54,339 nucleotides of DNA from Moniliella sp. 'wahieum' (Eukaryota): assembly GCA_003971905.1 (NCBI GenBank), contig RSEE01000125.1, positions 124,001-178,339 of the forward strand. Direction: 5' to 3'. How positions within the stretch are numbered: the stretch's first letter is position 1; each line of letters starts with the position of its first letter. Below the pieces are notes generated by a model that was given only the letters and a program-made list of their open reading frames with translations, ran no database searches and was not told the origin of the DNA. The translations under genes were made by a program, and so were the position numbers. Shown piece by piece: positions 35,189 through 48,341 of the stretch.

Positions 35189-37447
35189 TCAAATGCCATT
35201 CCAGAGACGCTTCAAGAACGGTTGGTTGGCCATCTGCGCCTTGTGCTTGGCCTCCGCGATGCCTGCTTCGCCTTCCTTGGGATTCTCCAACGCCCGCCCG
35301 TCATTGCCCGTGCCGTCGACCGCGTTCTGGGCCTTGCCCAAGTAGTAGTTGGGCATGTACAACCCACACAGGAGCGGGACAAACGACAGGCTCAGCGCGG
35401 CAATGAACATGGGCCGCATCGTCTCGTCAAATGCGGCCATGACTTTGATCCGGTCCTCGGAGCCCCAAGGAAGGGCATGCGCCTTGGTGTAGGACGCATA
35501 CGCCGACTTGGCCACCGCAGGGGACAAGCCCTGTTTGGCCAAGTTGACCGGATAGCGGCCCGTGTAGATCGCGCTGCCCACGGCCGATCCCATCGAGGAG
35601 CCAAGTTTGGTCCAGAGCGCCAAATTGGCCATGACCATGGCCAAATCTTGGTGCGGCACCGAAGCTTGCGACGCGACGCGCGTGCCCACCACCGAGCACG
35701 CGCCGCCCAACCCAATCAAAATTTGGGTAAAGGCCAAGGCAGTGTTGTTGGCATGCGAACCGCGAGCCCAGTAGGTGATGCCCATCCCGATGATCCGCAC
35801 ACACAGGCCAAACAGTTGGATGGCCTTGTAGCGGTGGGTGTACCGCAAGCACAGACCGGCCAGAATACCAAACAAGGTCAAGGCCACCGTTTCGGTCTGG
35901 GTAAAGTAGGCCCAGCTTTGGTTCGACCACGGCTTGATCACGTACACCCAGTCGGCCCAGAACGCTGAACGGATGAAGCCAGAGACTAGATGGAAGGTGT
36001 GTCAGTCTTTGCCTTCTTTCTCAATGCAAACCTTCTTCCTCCGATACGTGATACGATCGTGAAAAAGTGGCTGCGGGCTTGGGAAGGGGGAAGGGGAGGG
36101 GGGAGATGGTACATACACATGTAGAAGATATCAATTGTAGCTGCCAAGACAAAGGTCTTGTTGCCCCAGATGCGCTTGTTGACCATGGGCGCCGGAGCGA
36201 AGAAGACCTCCCAGGCAAAGAAAAGAAGCAGAATGACAAACCCGCACACAATCATAGCGATCATGCTCGGGTTGCCCCAGCCCCCGGCTTTCTTGTTGAG
36301 CGAAAAGGGGAGAAAGATGAGCGAAAAGGCAAACCCAAGCAGGATCAGGCCCACCGCATCAATGTCCACAAAAAAGTGATACAGTTGCTTCAAACGAGAC
36401 TGGGCACTCATACGTTCCACGGCAAACGTGCCCGCTTGCTCAGCGCGCTCCATATCAATCTTGCTCATGCCCACACCCAGCTCGCCACTCGCCTTGGCTT
36501 TCATGTCGGCATAGGTGAGTGTCAAAATGACGGGCGTAACAAAGACAGGGGTGATGATGCAGAACATGCCAAAGCCCCAGCGCCAGCACCCCGAATGGTG
36601 GCGGTCGCCGAGGTGGGACACAAGTGTCCTACCATCGTCGACGCGATCCAGGGAAGGAAGAGGTAACAAAAGTCTGTCATGGCGGTCGAGAAGCCACGCC
36701 ATTCGAGTGGGGTCAAATCGGCAATCACAATTTGGGTGATGAGACTAAGTCCAGCTTGTCCAGTGGCCGTAATGACGCGTCCTACACAGAGTGCCGTGCC
36801 GGTCGGCGAAGCGGCGACAACAACGTAGCCAACAATGTAGAAGGCAATCGTCACTGTGTACGCCATTTGCCGTGAGAAGGTGTCGGCAATCTTGGCTAGG
36901 AACGGTTTGGATACGGCGGCTGCAGTACGCGTAATACAAGACGAGATGTTAGCCCTATATTGTGCTCATCATACAAACCGTATAGTGTAGGGGGATGAAG
37001 CGGAAGAAGAATACGCACTGATCACACTTTGAACCGTCGCAATGGTACCAATGTATTCGGCCGCGTCAAAGTAACTTGTGGCGAACGTAAGTAGTTTAAA
37101 GGTAGAGGATTGGTCAAACACGTAAGCCATACTGGTCAGGGCCAACGACACATAAAGCATCCATGCCATCGCTGAGCCCCGGGCAAAAACACGATTGAAG
37201 GCCTCGATGCGGTTGATTCCCTTTTGTTGATGCAAATGTGCTTCAGCCACATTGGCACGTCCAAAGTTGGGGTTGTCCTCGGGAGCGCGGTGCAGATGTT
37301 CCTCCTCTACGTCTTCGTGTCCGCCCCATTCCTTTTGGTCCTTCAAACTTTCCGAGTGAGATTCCGATCCACCGTCAAACCGGTGCGACAGGTCATTCTG
37401 CCCCATTTGCTGGACAATGGGACCAGGTGGGTTACCTTCTCCGCCAT
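35189..37447 (-). CDS. ARN/SIT-family siderophore-iron MFS transporter (Sit1/MirB-like)
   Basis: QKGINRIEAFN, AVSKPFLAKIADTFSR, IVIADLTPLEWRG, DAVGLILLG, WGNPSMIAMIVCG, QASVPHQDLA and PNYYLGKAQNAV. Introns 37018..36920 and 36116..35986. Confidence 0.92.
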
Positions 37448-37775
37448 GTTGAAGAAGAGGGAGGGAGGGAGGGACAGTGGGGATGGTGGGAAAGGTACAG
37501 GGATCTTTTCACCCTTGAGCGTCCAAGGTATATATCCTTCCACAACAGGCTTCAGTACCTGAGTACTCCTGAGCTACTACATGGCTGTCGCTTGGCTTGG
37601 GGTAACTGGATATGGGCCAGCGGGAAGCGCAGGATGAGTCTGAAGCTTCATCATGTGCGCGCCGTCATCATCGGCTGCGAGGACAAGCGGGGCCAGAGCG
37701 CACTGACAGAATGACCAAACTGTTTTGGAGAGAAAAGCATTCGTCCGCGCACACGAAGAACACAAGTCGGTTCTC

Positions 37776-38996
37776 ATCTGATTGGCAGAGTTATTCGCAC
37801 AAGAGGGACATCTTTGCTCGTCTTGGCGCTTTCCGTTACTGCTGGAGGGGATGGTGGTATGGGGCGTGTATGTGCTTTGGGTGTGCTGACTGTGAAGGCT
37901 GCCCGGCCAGTGGGCTACAATATTATTATGGGGGTGGCACTATATGCTGTACCCGCTCGGACTCTCTCCCAAGCTTGGCAAAAAGGTGAGAGAGTGAAAC
38001 CAGGGCTTGGTGTGCCCCAATGCCCAGTGGATTTAGCCGTTGTTTCTTAGCAACTACAGAAGAGGATATGCGGGCCGGAAACCACTTTGACCACACCCAA
38101 TCGCACCGGGTGACATCCCGTTGCCACATCATGGAGACTTCATCCCGGCCTTCTCACATTTCTCATCATTGTACTCTCTGTCTCGTCCTCTTCTCAGAGC
38201 CTCTCGCCGCGAAACGAGTCTCACACCGAGGGGAACAATTCACGTTTTATTCAGGCATCGCCCATCACATCATCTGCTCTCCAGCCTGTGTACGATGCGA
38301 TGTTCGTGAGGGCAGTTCACATGCACACCTTGCCGATATTTGGTGATGCGTTTCCTTCAGACACCCCGCACGAATGCCTGAGGCCTGAGGCTCAGGCCTG
38401 AGGGTTAATTGAACGGCCACGTTATACAGACGGGAGAGACCCATCAGTAATACCATAGAGTGCAGGGGATAGAGACTAGACACAGTAACGGGCGCGTGAC
38501 GATCCAGCTTGTACTTTGGGGACACTCCTCCATATCAACCCTATATCCGAAACTGGCTGACGCAAGAACGCGTACGAGAATGACAAAGGTCCACCTGGCC
38601 CTCGAGAGCTACTACTGTCAGTCTCATCGAGAGAGTAGCCCCTGTCGAGGCGGAGACGGGTTCCTGTGCCTGTGAATAAGGTACCAGGCACACTGTTGCA
38701 GACGTAGTAACTAGTAGCTAGTAACTACCCCCTCCACCGTTCCGGCTAGAGTATGAGATCCAGTGAGATCCGAGGTCTGAAAACGGACATGTGTAGGGTG
38801 AAGCCGGTGAAGGTTCTGATACAAGAGGCCCGGAAGAAGGGGAGGGCGTTACAACAAAAAGCTTGGCATTCTTTTCCGTCGACACGTGTGTTGGGGCTGA
38901 CAGTTGGTTGGTTATCAACAGGATCTACAAAAAGGAGGTAAGAAAAGAAGCTACCTGCTTTTATCCGCTTTTGTACCACAATCTGATCCATCTGAT
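37776..38996. promoter_or_regulatory. Candidate iron-responsive GATA-factor (SreA/Urbs1-type) elements upstream of the siderophore transporter
   Basis: ATCTGAT cores at 37776, 38981 and 38990; minus-strand TGATAA (plus ttatca, about 38912) and GGATAA (plus ttatcc, 38961); CCAAT on the minus strand at 37781-37785. There is no perfect ATCWGATAA. Confidence 0.3.
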
Positions 38997-39615
38997 GGGA
39001 ATTGGTCTAAGATCTAAAACCTCTCGAAATATACCCTGCCAAGAGTGAGTCATCCGTGTGGTGGATGATCGAGATGATTCCTGCCAGCCTCGGCACCACT
39101 TCACCCACTGGTTGCGATCGGCCCTGCGCACGCCACGCACAGGTGATCTGTGACATGTGAGCCTTCACCACCACCTCGTCCTTCCTGTGTATCTCTACTA
39201 TAGACTACCACCGCCTCCGCTTTCACTTTTGCAGTGTGCATATATTCCCTGTTCTGTATCAGCCAGCCCCCACTACTAGTACTTCAACTTGCACGTAGAG
39301 ACGAGCTGCTGATGGTGGCGGTGGCGCTTAGACCCTCATTCAAACGGGAGAGGCCCACAGTGGTAGCAGCCTGTGGGATGGTACATTTCCACCACGACTC
39401 GTGTAGGGTTGGGAGTCTTCGCCTTCATGACAGTCCACATTCAATCTGGCCCGCGAGCATGCAACATGGAGGACCCTAGGTTTCCCTATTCCATTTCCCC
39501 CAAGGGCCGGTCATTGTCGGGTAGCGTTCCTAATTCAATATCGTTCCGAGATTCACCATAGCTTCAACCTGTGCAATGGACACGGTGTGCATTCACATAG
39601 GAGCACCGCAAAGCG

Positions 39616-40463
39616 CTACAGCAGCACCTCCTCCAATTGGCTGGCCCATTGGCCAAACGCCGCTTCCGCCTGCTTCTGCTCGAGCGTAAACACATCCGCC
39701 TCCTCTGCAGCCTGCCGCGCCGCCATCTCCGCCGCCTGTGCACGCATGTGCGCCACCGCCACCTCGCGCTCCGTCTTGGCCAACGACAAGACATTGTGCA
39801 CCGCCTGTCCCAGCACCGGCGACGCGTACAGCTGGCCCAGCCCACGTAATCGCTCCCGACTTTCATTCGCCCATGCTTCCAGCCCGCCGTGGCGAGAAGG
39901 AAATTGCGCGGCGCTATACCGTTGGGGTTCTGGCTCGCCCCCCAGGCTCCCACTTTGCGACCGACCTGCAGGCGCGGACGGGCGCGTGGGCGGAGGGCCA
40001 GGAGGAGGACCAGGGGGAGGACCGGGCGGTGGGCCGGGGGGAGGCCGACGTCGGGGATCGGGACCACCACCTTGGTCCGAGCGGGAGCGCCGACTCGCCC
40101 CAGTGTGATGTAGATGTGGATGCAGATGTAGATGTCGGGTGGGAGCGGTCGGGGCACGAGCTCCCGTGCCCTCAGACCGACGGCCCCAGCGAGACCGATG
40201 TTCTTCGTCCCGTCTAGGACTGCGGTCTCTCCGTCGCTCGTCGTACCTGGGACGCGGCTCCCCGTCTCGGCGGGGACTGCGTCGGGGACTCCGCTCTCTC
40301 CTGCGTTCCTCGCCGTCGCGTCGAGGACTGCGCTCGCTCGGCCGCTCCTCGCCCCAAGCACGGGAAGGGCGGTCGCGCGGATCGTTCCGGTTGGGTGAGG
40401 ATGCGCGTGGGTGGCGCGGGGGGTCACGAGGCGGGCCCCAGGGTCGACGCGGGGCGGGTCCAT
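39616..40463 (-). CDS. RS/RD-rich protein with a PPPG repeat and a C-terminal coiled-coil-like segment; function unknown
   Basis: ERSPRR, RSPRRD and DRSPRRD repeats, (PPPG)4, and the helical LAKTEREVAVAHMRAQAAEMAARQAAEE. The ATG at 40463 needs a shift to join the main frame. Confidence 0.65.
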
Positions 40464-40892
40464 GGGGGCGATGGTTGTGGATGAGGCACTTGGGACTGGC
40501 GCTGCACCGAGCTGGAGGACCTTGGCCGCCTCGCAAATACGCGGAATTCCGCCCGAGGAAATCCTTACGTATGCCAGGCAGCTTCCACATTAACGTCAAC
40601 GTTCAACATTCAATTTGAGAGTACGTAACATTGGTCGTGTGTTCAATGTGCAATCATCCATGAGTTGAAACGTTCAATGCAGACCCCAATGGGGGAAATG
40701 GACCAACTCAGCCGAGCGATGGCGGCGATTATCGATTGGGCGGCAGACGGATAGATATATGGGGCGCGGGAAGCAGCACCTGCTGGTCCCGTCCGTCGGC
40801 TGGCTCTTCCTGCTGGGCGCTAGCCACCCGTATTCCATCGCTCTGTTAGATGTCCCCCCCCGAGCCATGCAGTGGAAAAGATGCAGTCGCGA

Positions 40893-43800
40893 TTAAAATG
40901 TTTGCCACCCGCCCGAATCGTGGGTGGCCTCAATCTTGCGCGCGCCACCAAGTTGGGCAGGCCATGGAGCAGCCACTGCCGCCGCAGCTCGTCGTAGCGT
41001 TCCCGGTGGAGATGCTGCGGGCGTCCCTTGCACAGCCCAATGTCCACCTCGCCATGCGAATCGAGGTAGGGCGAAAAGGTAAACGTGCCGTGTTCCTCGC
41101 ACAGGACCAGAATCACATTCGTCTTGAGTTTGAAGAACAGGCCCACCGACCCACACTCGTCCCGGTGCACGTTGCACTCGCCTCGCCCTTCGTCCGACTG
41201 GCAGCAAAACGACTGGTAGCATACCACCTCGCCACACAGCAGACATACCGCCGGGTCGGCAGGCACGTCGCCGCACCGCGCACACGGCCGCAGCTGCGTT
41301 TCCTGCAGCAACGTCGCCATGTCCGTCGGCAGGTCCACCAGCTCGTACACACCCGGGTGCTCGAGGAGCAGGATGGGCTGCTGCGGCATTCTTTCGCTCG
41401 GCAGTTGGATAGGCAAAGGCTGGAAGAGCGAAACAAAGGGCACATACGCATGCTTGATCCAGCCATCAATGATGCCCACCAAACTGGTCTGTCGACCCGA
41501 GCGCGCGGGCAGTGCCGAACTGGGCAACTCAATGTCGAGGTGGTGCATCAGACGAAGGTACTCGGATTGGGATGCCTCTGGATCGGTCGAGCCAGAATCC
41601 CGAACGGGTCCGGGACCAAATACGGCAGAACGTAGCAGCGCGGCGCGGCGCAAGAAGGGCAAAGTGTGGGTGCAGAGCAACTTGGCCAACGTATCGTCCT
41701 CCAACCGGTCCACACCGAGGGAAATGTTGCCGCGTTCGTAGCCGACGAGGCCGATGATGTTGGCCACGGTCCAGCGTACGTCGGGGAAGACCTGACGTGC
41801 GGTTTGGAGGTCGAAGGAGTCAATCCCTGCCTCGCCACGACGGAAGAGGGAACGGTAGGCGTCCCCCGAGGGCGGCCAGAGACTGGGCTGAGCCAAGCCA
41901 AAGACGAGCTGGACAAGGGCTACATAGAACATGAGGGAAATGATGTGGTCCAGCTCGGCGGGCATCACAGCAGCTGCTTCAATCAGAATGCTAACCGGGT
42001 CCCGTAGGATGAGAGGCGACCGCACGGCCTCATCCACCGTCCAATGGGGCAAAAGACGCTTGAGTAACCCTTGACGGATCACGTCCGCTCCGCCCTCGAC
42101 GGAAAGGTGCATTCGTAACCGCAAAGTGTGCAGCAAGCCCCGTAAAAGGTGCGAGGTAGCATCGTTCAGCGTCTCGACCACCGTCGTCCTCGTTGCCCGT
42201 CCACGTGAAGCAACTTCCAACATGGACAAGGTGTATCCCACCACGTCTTGCGGTAGGTAGATCTTTCGACTGGGAAGAGCCAGGATGGTACGTTCCTGCA
42301 TCCGACCCATCATGCCTTTCATCTCCTCGGCCTGCAGGTGGACCACTTTCTGAAACCGCTCCAAGGTGCCATCCATATCCTCCTCCCACAGCCCCACCTT
42401 ACCCACCGACGCAAGCGTGGGGACCGCAGGGGTTTCCGAGGCATACCAGGGGGTAAACGTGCCCGACCCACTTGATTCCTGGACATTGCCCTCACCCGCC
42501 AGCGTAGCACATCAATGTTGACCTTGCGAATCCAGTCCGGTAGGGATCGCCGGTCAGGCGTGCACGCAGGTTCCACGAGCGAGGCGGACCGATGCGAGTC
42601 GGGCAGAGGGAGGTGTGTTGCCCAACGCCTTGCACAGCGGACACTACCTCCAGCCGGTCCACATTTTCGGGAAGGCGCCTACCGTGTCCTGTGGCGCGGG
42701 CTTGGGCGTACGAGGCAAAGCACACGCTGTGCATCATGTGTCCACAGGTACTTGCGTACAGTCCAGGCCGATTGAACGAAGGAGGGAAAGCGCCTTTTGG
42801 ACGGAAAGGGTCGGGGTGGTCCCAGGTTGAGAAGTTGGACGGGGGGCCTCGTACGCGAGGAACGCCTTTCTCCCCTGCCGGCCCATCCCCACGGTCAAGC
42901 GTAAGTGGGGCAGCTACACTCTGCGCCAGACCTTCGAGATCCGTGTTGGGAAGGATGCGCATGGTGCGGCTCTGCTGGATATGAACCAACATCCCAAACG
43001 GTTCGGCCGGTGTCAGCCCCTCTTGACATAAGATGCACGAGCCATGTTTCAGCGTCACCTCATCGTCCGTCTGCAAGAGTTCAGGACCCTTGGCCTCGAC
43101 GGGTGGCACGTCCTCCGTGGGGGTGGCGGAAGGCCCCGTTTTCCTCGTCCAAGGTCCGCAACAAATTCTTCTGCTGCTGTGAAAACTTCTTCATAATCGC
43201 TGCTTGGCGCGAGCGGGCAGCCGCCCGGCGGGCCTCCAAGCGCTTCGCCTCCTTATCCTCTTCACTAGGGGTGCACGCAACGTCTTGCCCTCCGAATGGA
43301 AAATGTGAGTGAGACGGTCGAGACCACCATGGTCGTGAGCGAGTTGGACTGTCTGCTCCAAAACAAAGTTGATCTTGCCTCGAACGCTTGATGCTCGCTC
43401 GCTGTTCTCTAGTCGGCACAGGAGCAGGAGCAAACTTGCTCCACTCGCAAGAGGGTCCATCAGCTTCTGCACAAACACAGGCCCTGTGTCACCATACCCG
43501 CAGAAACGAGTTGGAGTAACGAATCCAGTAGCGACTCTGGCACGTCCTCCTCCAATTTGTTCACAGCCAACAGGGTCCCCTCTAACGCTAGTAGCAAACT
43601 GTTCGAGACGAAAATGGCGTGGAAGGCAGGTTGGTCAAAGAGGGTGCCCGGGACGATTTTGGGCGTACGCGCGGCCCAGACAGACAAGGGATTGGCGCCA
43701 TCGTCGAGTTTGCCGCCGTGAGAGTTGGCAGCGACAAAACGAGCAAGCAGAATTTCTTCGACTTTCTCACGTTGGTTGCGCGTGTAGTGGCGACAGTAAG

Positions 43801-46800
43801 GGTGCACCTCCTTGTAGCACCCATCCTTTAGTGCATAGTGCCCTTGTCCTGTCGCGCCATCCGGGGGATGGAAGTCACTCACATCAGCCAGCACGCGGTC
43901 AAAGCACGCTGCCTCCCCGAGCTCGCGTGAGACCTGGTCTTTGAGGTCGGTAAAGGTAGTGGGACCAAAGGCAAGGAAATGGACAATCTCGTATCGCACC
44001 ACCTCCTCCATGGACCAACCGCCACAGAGGGACGTGTCCATAAGCAGGTGTACCAGCAACAGAAGCGCCTCGTCCAGCATTGCTACCTTTTCCCCGCTCT
44101 CCTCTCCGTTCCTGAGAAGAGGAAGCACACCGAACCGATCCAGTAGAGTGACGAACCAGAGCTCGAGGGCAACAGGAAGCCAACCTGCAAAAGATACACA
44201 TCGTGATCGTAAAGGATATCGCGCATCTGGCTTCCGCGATAATGATGCGCTTGCGAACGGAGCGCAAACCCATTTCGCACCCACATCCCTGAACGGACCT
44301 GGGCCAGCTTGACTGCAACCCTAAGCGGGATCTCGAGGGAAGCCAAAGCATACGCCTCTCCGCCCTCGTGAGCGGGGATGAGACTTTGTCGCAAAGCGGT
44401 GAGGGAGAGGGCATGCGTGTGGCGTAGCAGCTCGGCCAGGGCCCAGTGCAGAGGGTGATGAAATGAGACGGGTTGGGAGGCCACATCAAAAGCAATCACA
44501 TGGAACGTTTCCTTTCCGAGGAAAACCGAGTGCCACTGCCACGGCCCATACGGCTTCACGGCCTGCGCCCAGTCCCACCCACCTGGGCGGCCCGGTAGGC
44601 ACATCTGGATGACACTCTGAACAGCATTTTGGAGCTGGTCAGATGAGGCGAATCGGAACGCTTCTCCGATCAGTTTGGTCATCCGACCCAAGTGCGACGA
44701 GATGTGAAAGAGAGCAATCCACTCGTCCGACTCGTATTCGAGATGCTGTCCTGTCTGACGTGTGTCAGGCGCGATTCCTTCAAAATAGGCAAGGAACGTG
44801 AGAAGGACAGTGAGGCGGTGCGGGTCTTGGGCCAGGAGACGCTGTACCCCCTCGGCACTGAGGATATAGCGCAAGTCATAGAATAGGTGGTAGCAACGCT
44901 CCGATGGAAATAGTGCCGTCATCGTCGTTTCCCTTGGTGGAAGGATCACGTTGGTTTGACCTGGCTTGAGCACCAGCAGCGCCCGAAGAAGATCAGCAAT
45001 CTTGGCAAGAAAGTTTTTGCCCGGACCAGATAGGTGGCCACCGAGGGAACACTGAATACCTGCACCGTCATGCTCGAAATGGATTGGTCCTCCTCCCTGT
45101 CCCGGAAGATGAACGTCTCGACCATACTTGCATACATAGCGGAAAAGCGGAGAGCTACACACACGTCAGCCACTGGATAAAAGGCAAGAGGAAAGGGGGA
45201 CATACCAATCTGTTTCTTGGTATCCTTAAACCCAATGCAAAGCAAAAGCAGGTCTTGCAATTCGATGCGAGCCTGCTTCGGCAACTTGTTTTCCAAAAGC
45301 AGGAGCCCATCAAGTTTGACCAAGTCGCTTGGATCAAAGAATTGCGGGGACATCTGTGGGTGAGAGATCGAGTAGAGGTGTTGCCACGGCTGCATTAGCT
45401 GATTCGTCACAAGTGTTCTCAGGACCATGGGTGCCGGAATCATGCCAGGGAGAAAGAGGGCTGCGCTACACATGTCCTTCAAATGCCGCCAGAGCAGGAA
45501 CGCGACATCTTCACCGAAAACGTCATATGCCGGCCGGATAGAGACGCCCAAATCGATGCGGGAAAAACCGCAAGCTGCAAGTAGTAGGTCAGGGACGGAG
45601 GTGGAAGTAACCAGCGCATCTCGTCCATACCGATCCACACGCTCCGCCACGCCTTTTGCCTCGCTGGTCGACCTACCCATGGTATGGGAGACGGTACGAA
45701 TGACGGTGGGGAAATCATGGTTCTCGTCGTTCCACAACAAAAGAGTAAAGAAACGGCTTTTCTCCTCGCCCCAATTCGCAGAGAAGCAGCAGAGGTAGCT
45801 TCTTCCTCCAAATCCCTAATTCCCTGGGTCGCCCTCATACGGGGAAGGCGTCCAAGGGACTGCTGCAGCAAGACCAGGGCTTCGTACGGGTCGGTACGCA
45901 CCTCCCGTGTTTGCGCCTCAGCGTCGGCCACCCATTCGGGTTCAACCCCCCACTCGGGATCGACTACCCATTCCGGGTCGGCTTGGTCTTCAAAACCCTC
46001 CCACTCCATATCGCTAGCGTCCGGAGAGATGTCAAGGGAATCTCTCATGTTGTAGAAGAAGTCGGACCCGCTGCGAGGAGGCGAGAGCGCAGGATCCGGG
46101 TCTGGGGCCGGGGAAGGGGAAGGGGCACTGGCTTGGGCGGGGGGTTGGGAGGGGAGCGCAGTCCGTTCCACTGCCTCGTTCCCAGCAGGGTTGGTAAACG
46201 ACAGAGCCGGAACTGGGTCAAAGGGATCAAGGCTGGGCATGCGGGACAGGACCCGGACGGCGCGCACTTGGGGCAAGTCAAGGGTGGTTGGGGCGTGTTC
46301 GAGAGTGTCGAGAATCAGGTCGAGCATGGCGGCAATATGAGTCTGGAATGCAGCAAGAACGGGGCGGGCATTCCCTGGAGAAGATCGGAGAGGTCGCGTT
46401 CCTGGGCTTCTGGTGGGTCGGCCTGTTCAGGAGAGGGGGAATGGTAGGTACAGCCAACAGGGAGTTTCCACGCCTCGGCGTCCGCCACAATCACAACAGC
46501 CATCACCGCCCTGGGAGATGGAGAAGACAATGTCGTGGCCCACGTGGTTGCTGGCCGAAAAGCAGGGAGCACATTGCACACATGTGTCATCGTGGCCGCA
46601 GTCGCGGCAGCGGTAGAAGGCTTCGCCCCGGCGAAAAATGTGGCCACAGGGGGTGCCCTTGCGGTCAGGGCTGTACTCAGCGCCGAGCGGAACACCGGCG
46701 GGCGCAACCGAGGCAGCGACGGCCTTCTGGGCCCCCTCTAAGCTCCATCCATGGGCGGAAAGCATGTCAAGGCAGGCGTCGGCCGAGGCTGGCGCAGCGG

Positions 46801-47141
46801 GGCTGGGCGGGAAGAGGAACTGGGCGGGGGGTTGCCGAACGGCTCGGGCACGGACGAGGTGGTCCAGAGCGCCTCGGCCATTGCTTCGGGCGCGGGGGGC
46901 ACGAAGTCCGAGGGGGCACGGCGGGAGGAGCGGCGGCGGCGGAGGTGGAGGCAGGGGGCAGCGGGATGGGCTGTGCGAGCGGATGGGAGGGCAGATAGGC
47001 GGCGAGAAAGGCGGGCAGGCTGGGCCACCGCACGTGGCCGTCGGGCTGCGTGCGCACCCGCTGGGCCGCGAGCGGCGCCCACACCTGCGCCCGGCCCGTC
47101 TGCGCTCCGCCGGCAACAAGCACGCGTTGGCCCGCCGTCAT
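40893..47141 (-). CDS. UBR1: N-end rule E3 ubiquitin ligase Ubr1
   Basis: UBR box CGHIFRRGEAFYRCRDC...CVQCAPCF...H...CCDCG; ClpS-like LWNDENHDF; VSFHHPLHW; GMWVRNG; RING region CILCQE...STCGHMMHSVC; C-terminal CLLCGEVVC...SPYLDSHGEVD. Intron 45205..45155; many apparent frameshifts. Confidence 0.96.
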
Positions 47142-47411
47142 GGAGAGAGCAGGTGGGTGGGGAGAGGCGGGGGGGTGGGATGGAATGCGATCGACACGGG
47201 TGCGATCGAATCAGGTGGTGGTGGACGCGGCGCATGTGCTGTGGATCCCCGATAGCCGTTTCACACACTCAGTCCACACTTCAAGCTTCAGCGCCTCGCG
47301 CCCTGCCGCCGCCCCGTCAGCCGCCTCTTACCTAAGCGGTGCCCCCCCCACCACCCACCGGCCGCCTCCCCCCGCCCCCCCCCCCACCGCCCCCACCACC
47401 ATCCGCCCCCC

Positions 47412-48341
47412 ATGGCCACCCCCGTGCTGGCCGCTGCCACCCCCTCCGCCCTGCGTCCAACGCCCCCACAGCCGACAGCGCCGGCATCGTCACCTTCTTC
47501 GCCGCCGCCGCCAGTCTGCCATCGACACAAACCGCCGATGCAACGCTCCTCTCGCTCCTCCTCGCCGAGCTCCCGGCCGCTCTGCGCCAGTCCACCATCG
47601 CCGCCTCCGACCGTGTCGCCCATCACACTGACCAGCTCCGAGAGGCTGGCTTCCACCACACCCTCGCAGACCCACCCGATATGGAGGTGCAGACGCTAGC
47701 TCGCCTCGACAAACTCGGCGCCCATGTTGGCGCAAACACGGCTGAGCGGTACGTGACCCTCCCCCCCTTCTTCCCCACACGCTTACCCTTCCCTCCATGG
47801 CAGACTCTGTGCGCTTCGCCCTCCTTTTGGAAGTGTGCTCGAGGTACTCAAGTTTGTCTGCAAGGATATGTGGATCCACCTCTGGGAACGACAGGTGGAT
47901 AACTTGCGTACCAACCATCGCGTACGTCCCCCCCTCCCCCTGTCCATGTCCCGCGCTCCCAATTCCTGGTGCCACTCCTCCTTGCTAACATACATGATCC
48001 AGGGTGTGTATGCTCTCCAAGTCAACCAATTTGTCCTCCTCCGCTTTCTCGGCGTCTCCTCTGGCAATGCCTTTGCCCGTCTCGCTCGGCCCCAACTTGC
48101 CTGGGCCGCGGGCGTGGTACGCGGCGCCCTAGGCCGACTCGGCGTGCCAGCTACGGTGACGGTGGATGTACTTCCTCTCCCTCCGCCCGGCGAAGAAACT
48201 GCGCCGCTGGGACACAACAAATTCCTCCCGCCCGTCCTGTTCAATGTCAAGACGTTCCCCTCTCATCCTGCGCCTGCTCCTACCGTGACCCGCGCCTCTT
48301 CCACTGCCACCTCGACACGGCCTTCCGTCCTCTCCCCTTGA
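47412..48341 (+). CDS. TRS33: TRAPP complex subunit Trs33/TRAPPC6 (Bet3 family)
   Basis: RLDKLGAHVG...ERL, LEVLKFVCKDMW...QVDNLRTNHRGVYALQ and GVVRGALGRLG. Introns 47749..47803 and 47922..48002. Confidence 0.93.

Noticed and set aside
1..48341. Cluster of pseudogenes or programmed ribosomal frameshifting
   Set aside because: The shifts hit many unrelated conserved genes, the traced ones sit in short runs, motifs are intact and I saw no in-frame nonsense decay. Sequencing error is far more parsimonious.
8965..48341. Functional cluster of secretory-pathway genes (SPC3, ERV29, VAM6, TRS33)
   Set aside because: They are interspersed with unrelated genes over 40 kb, and such genes are common enough to co-occur by chance.
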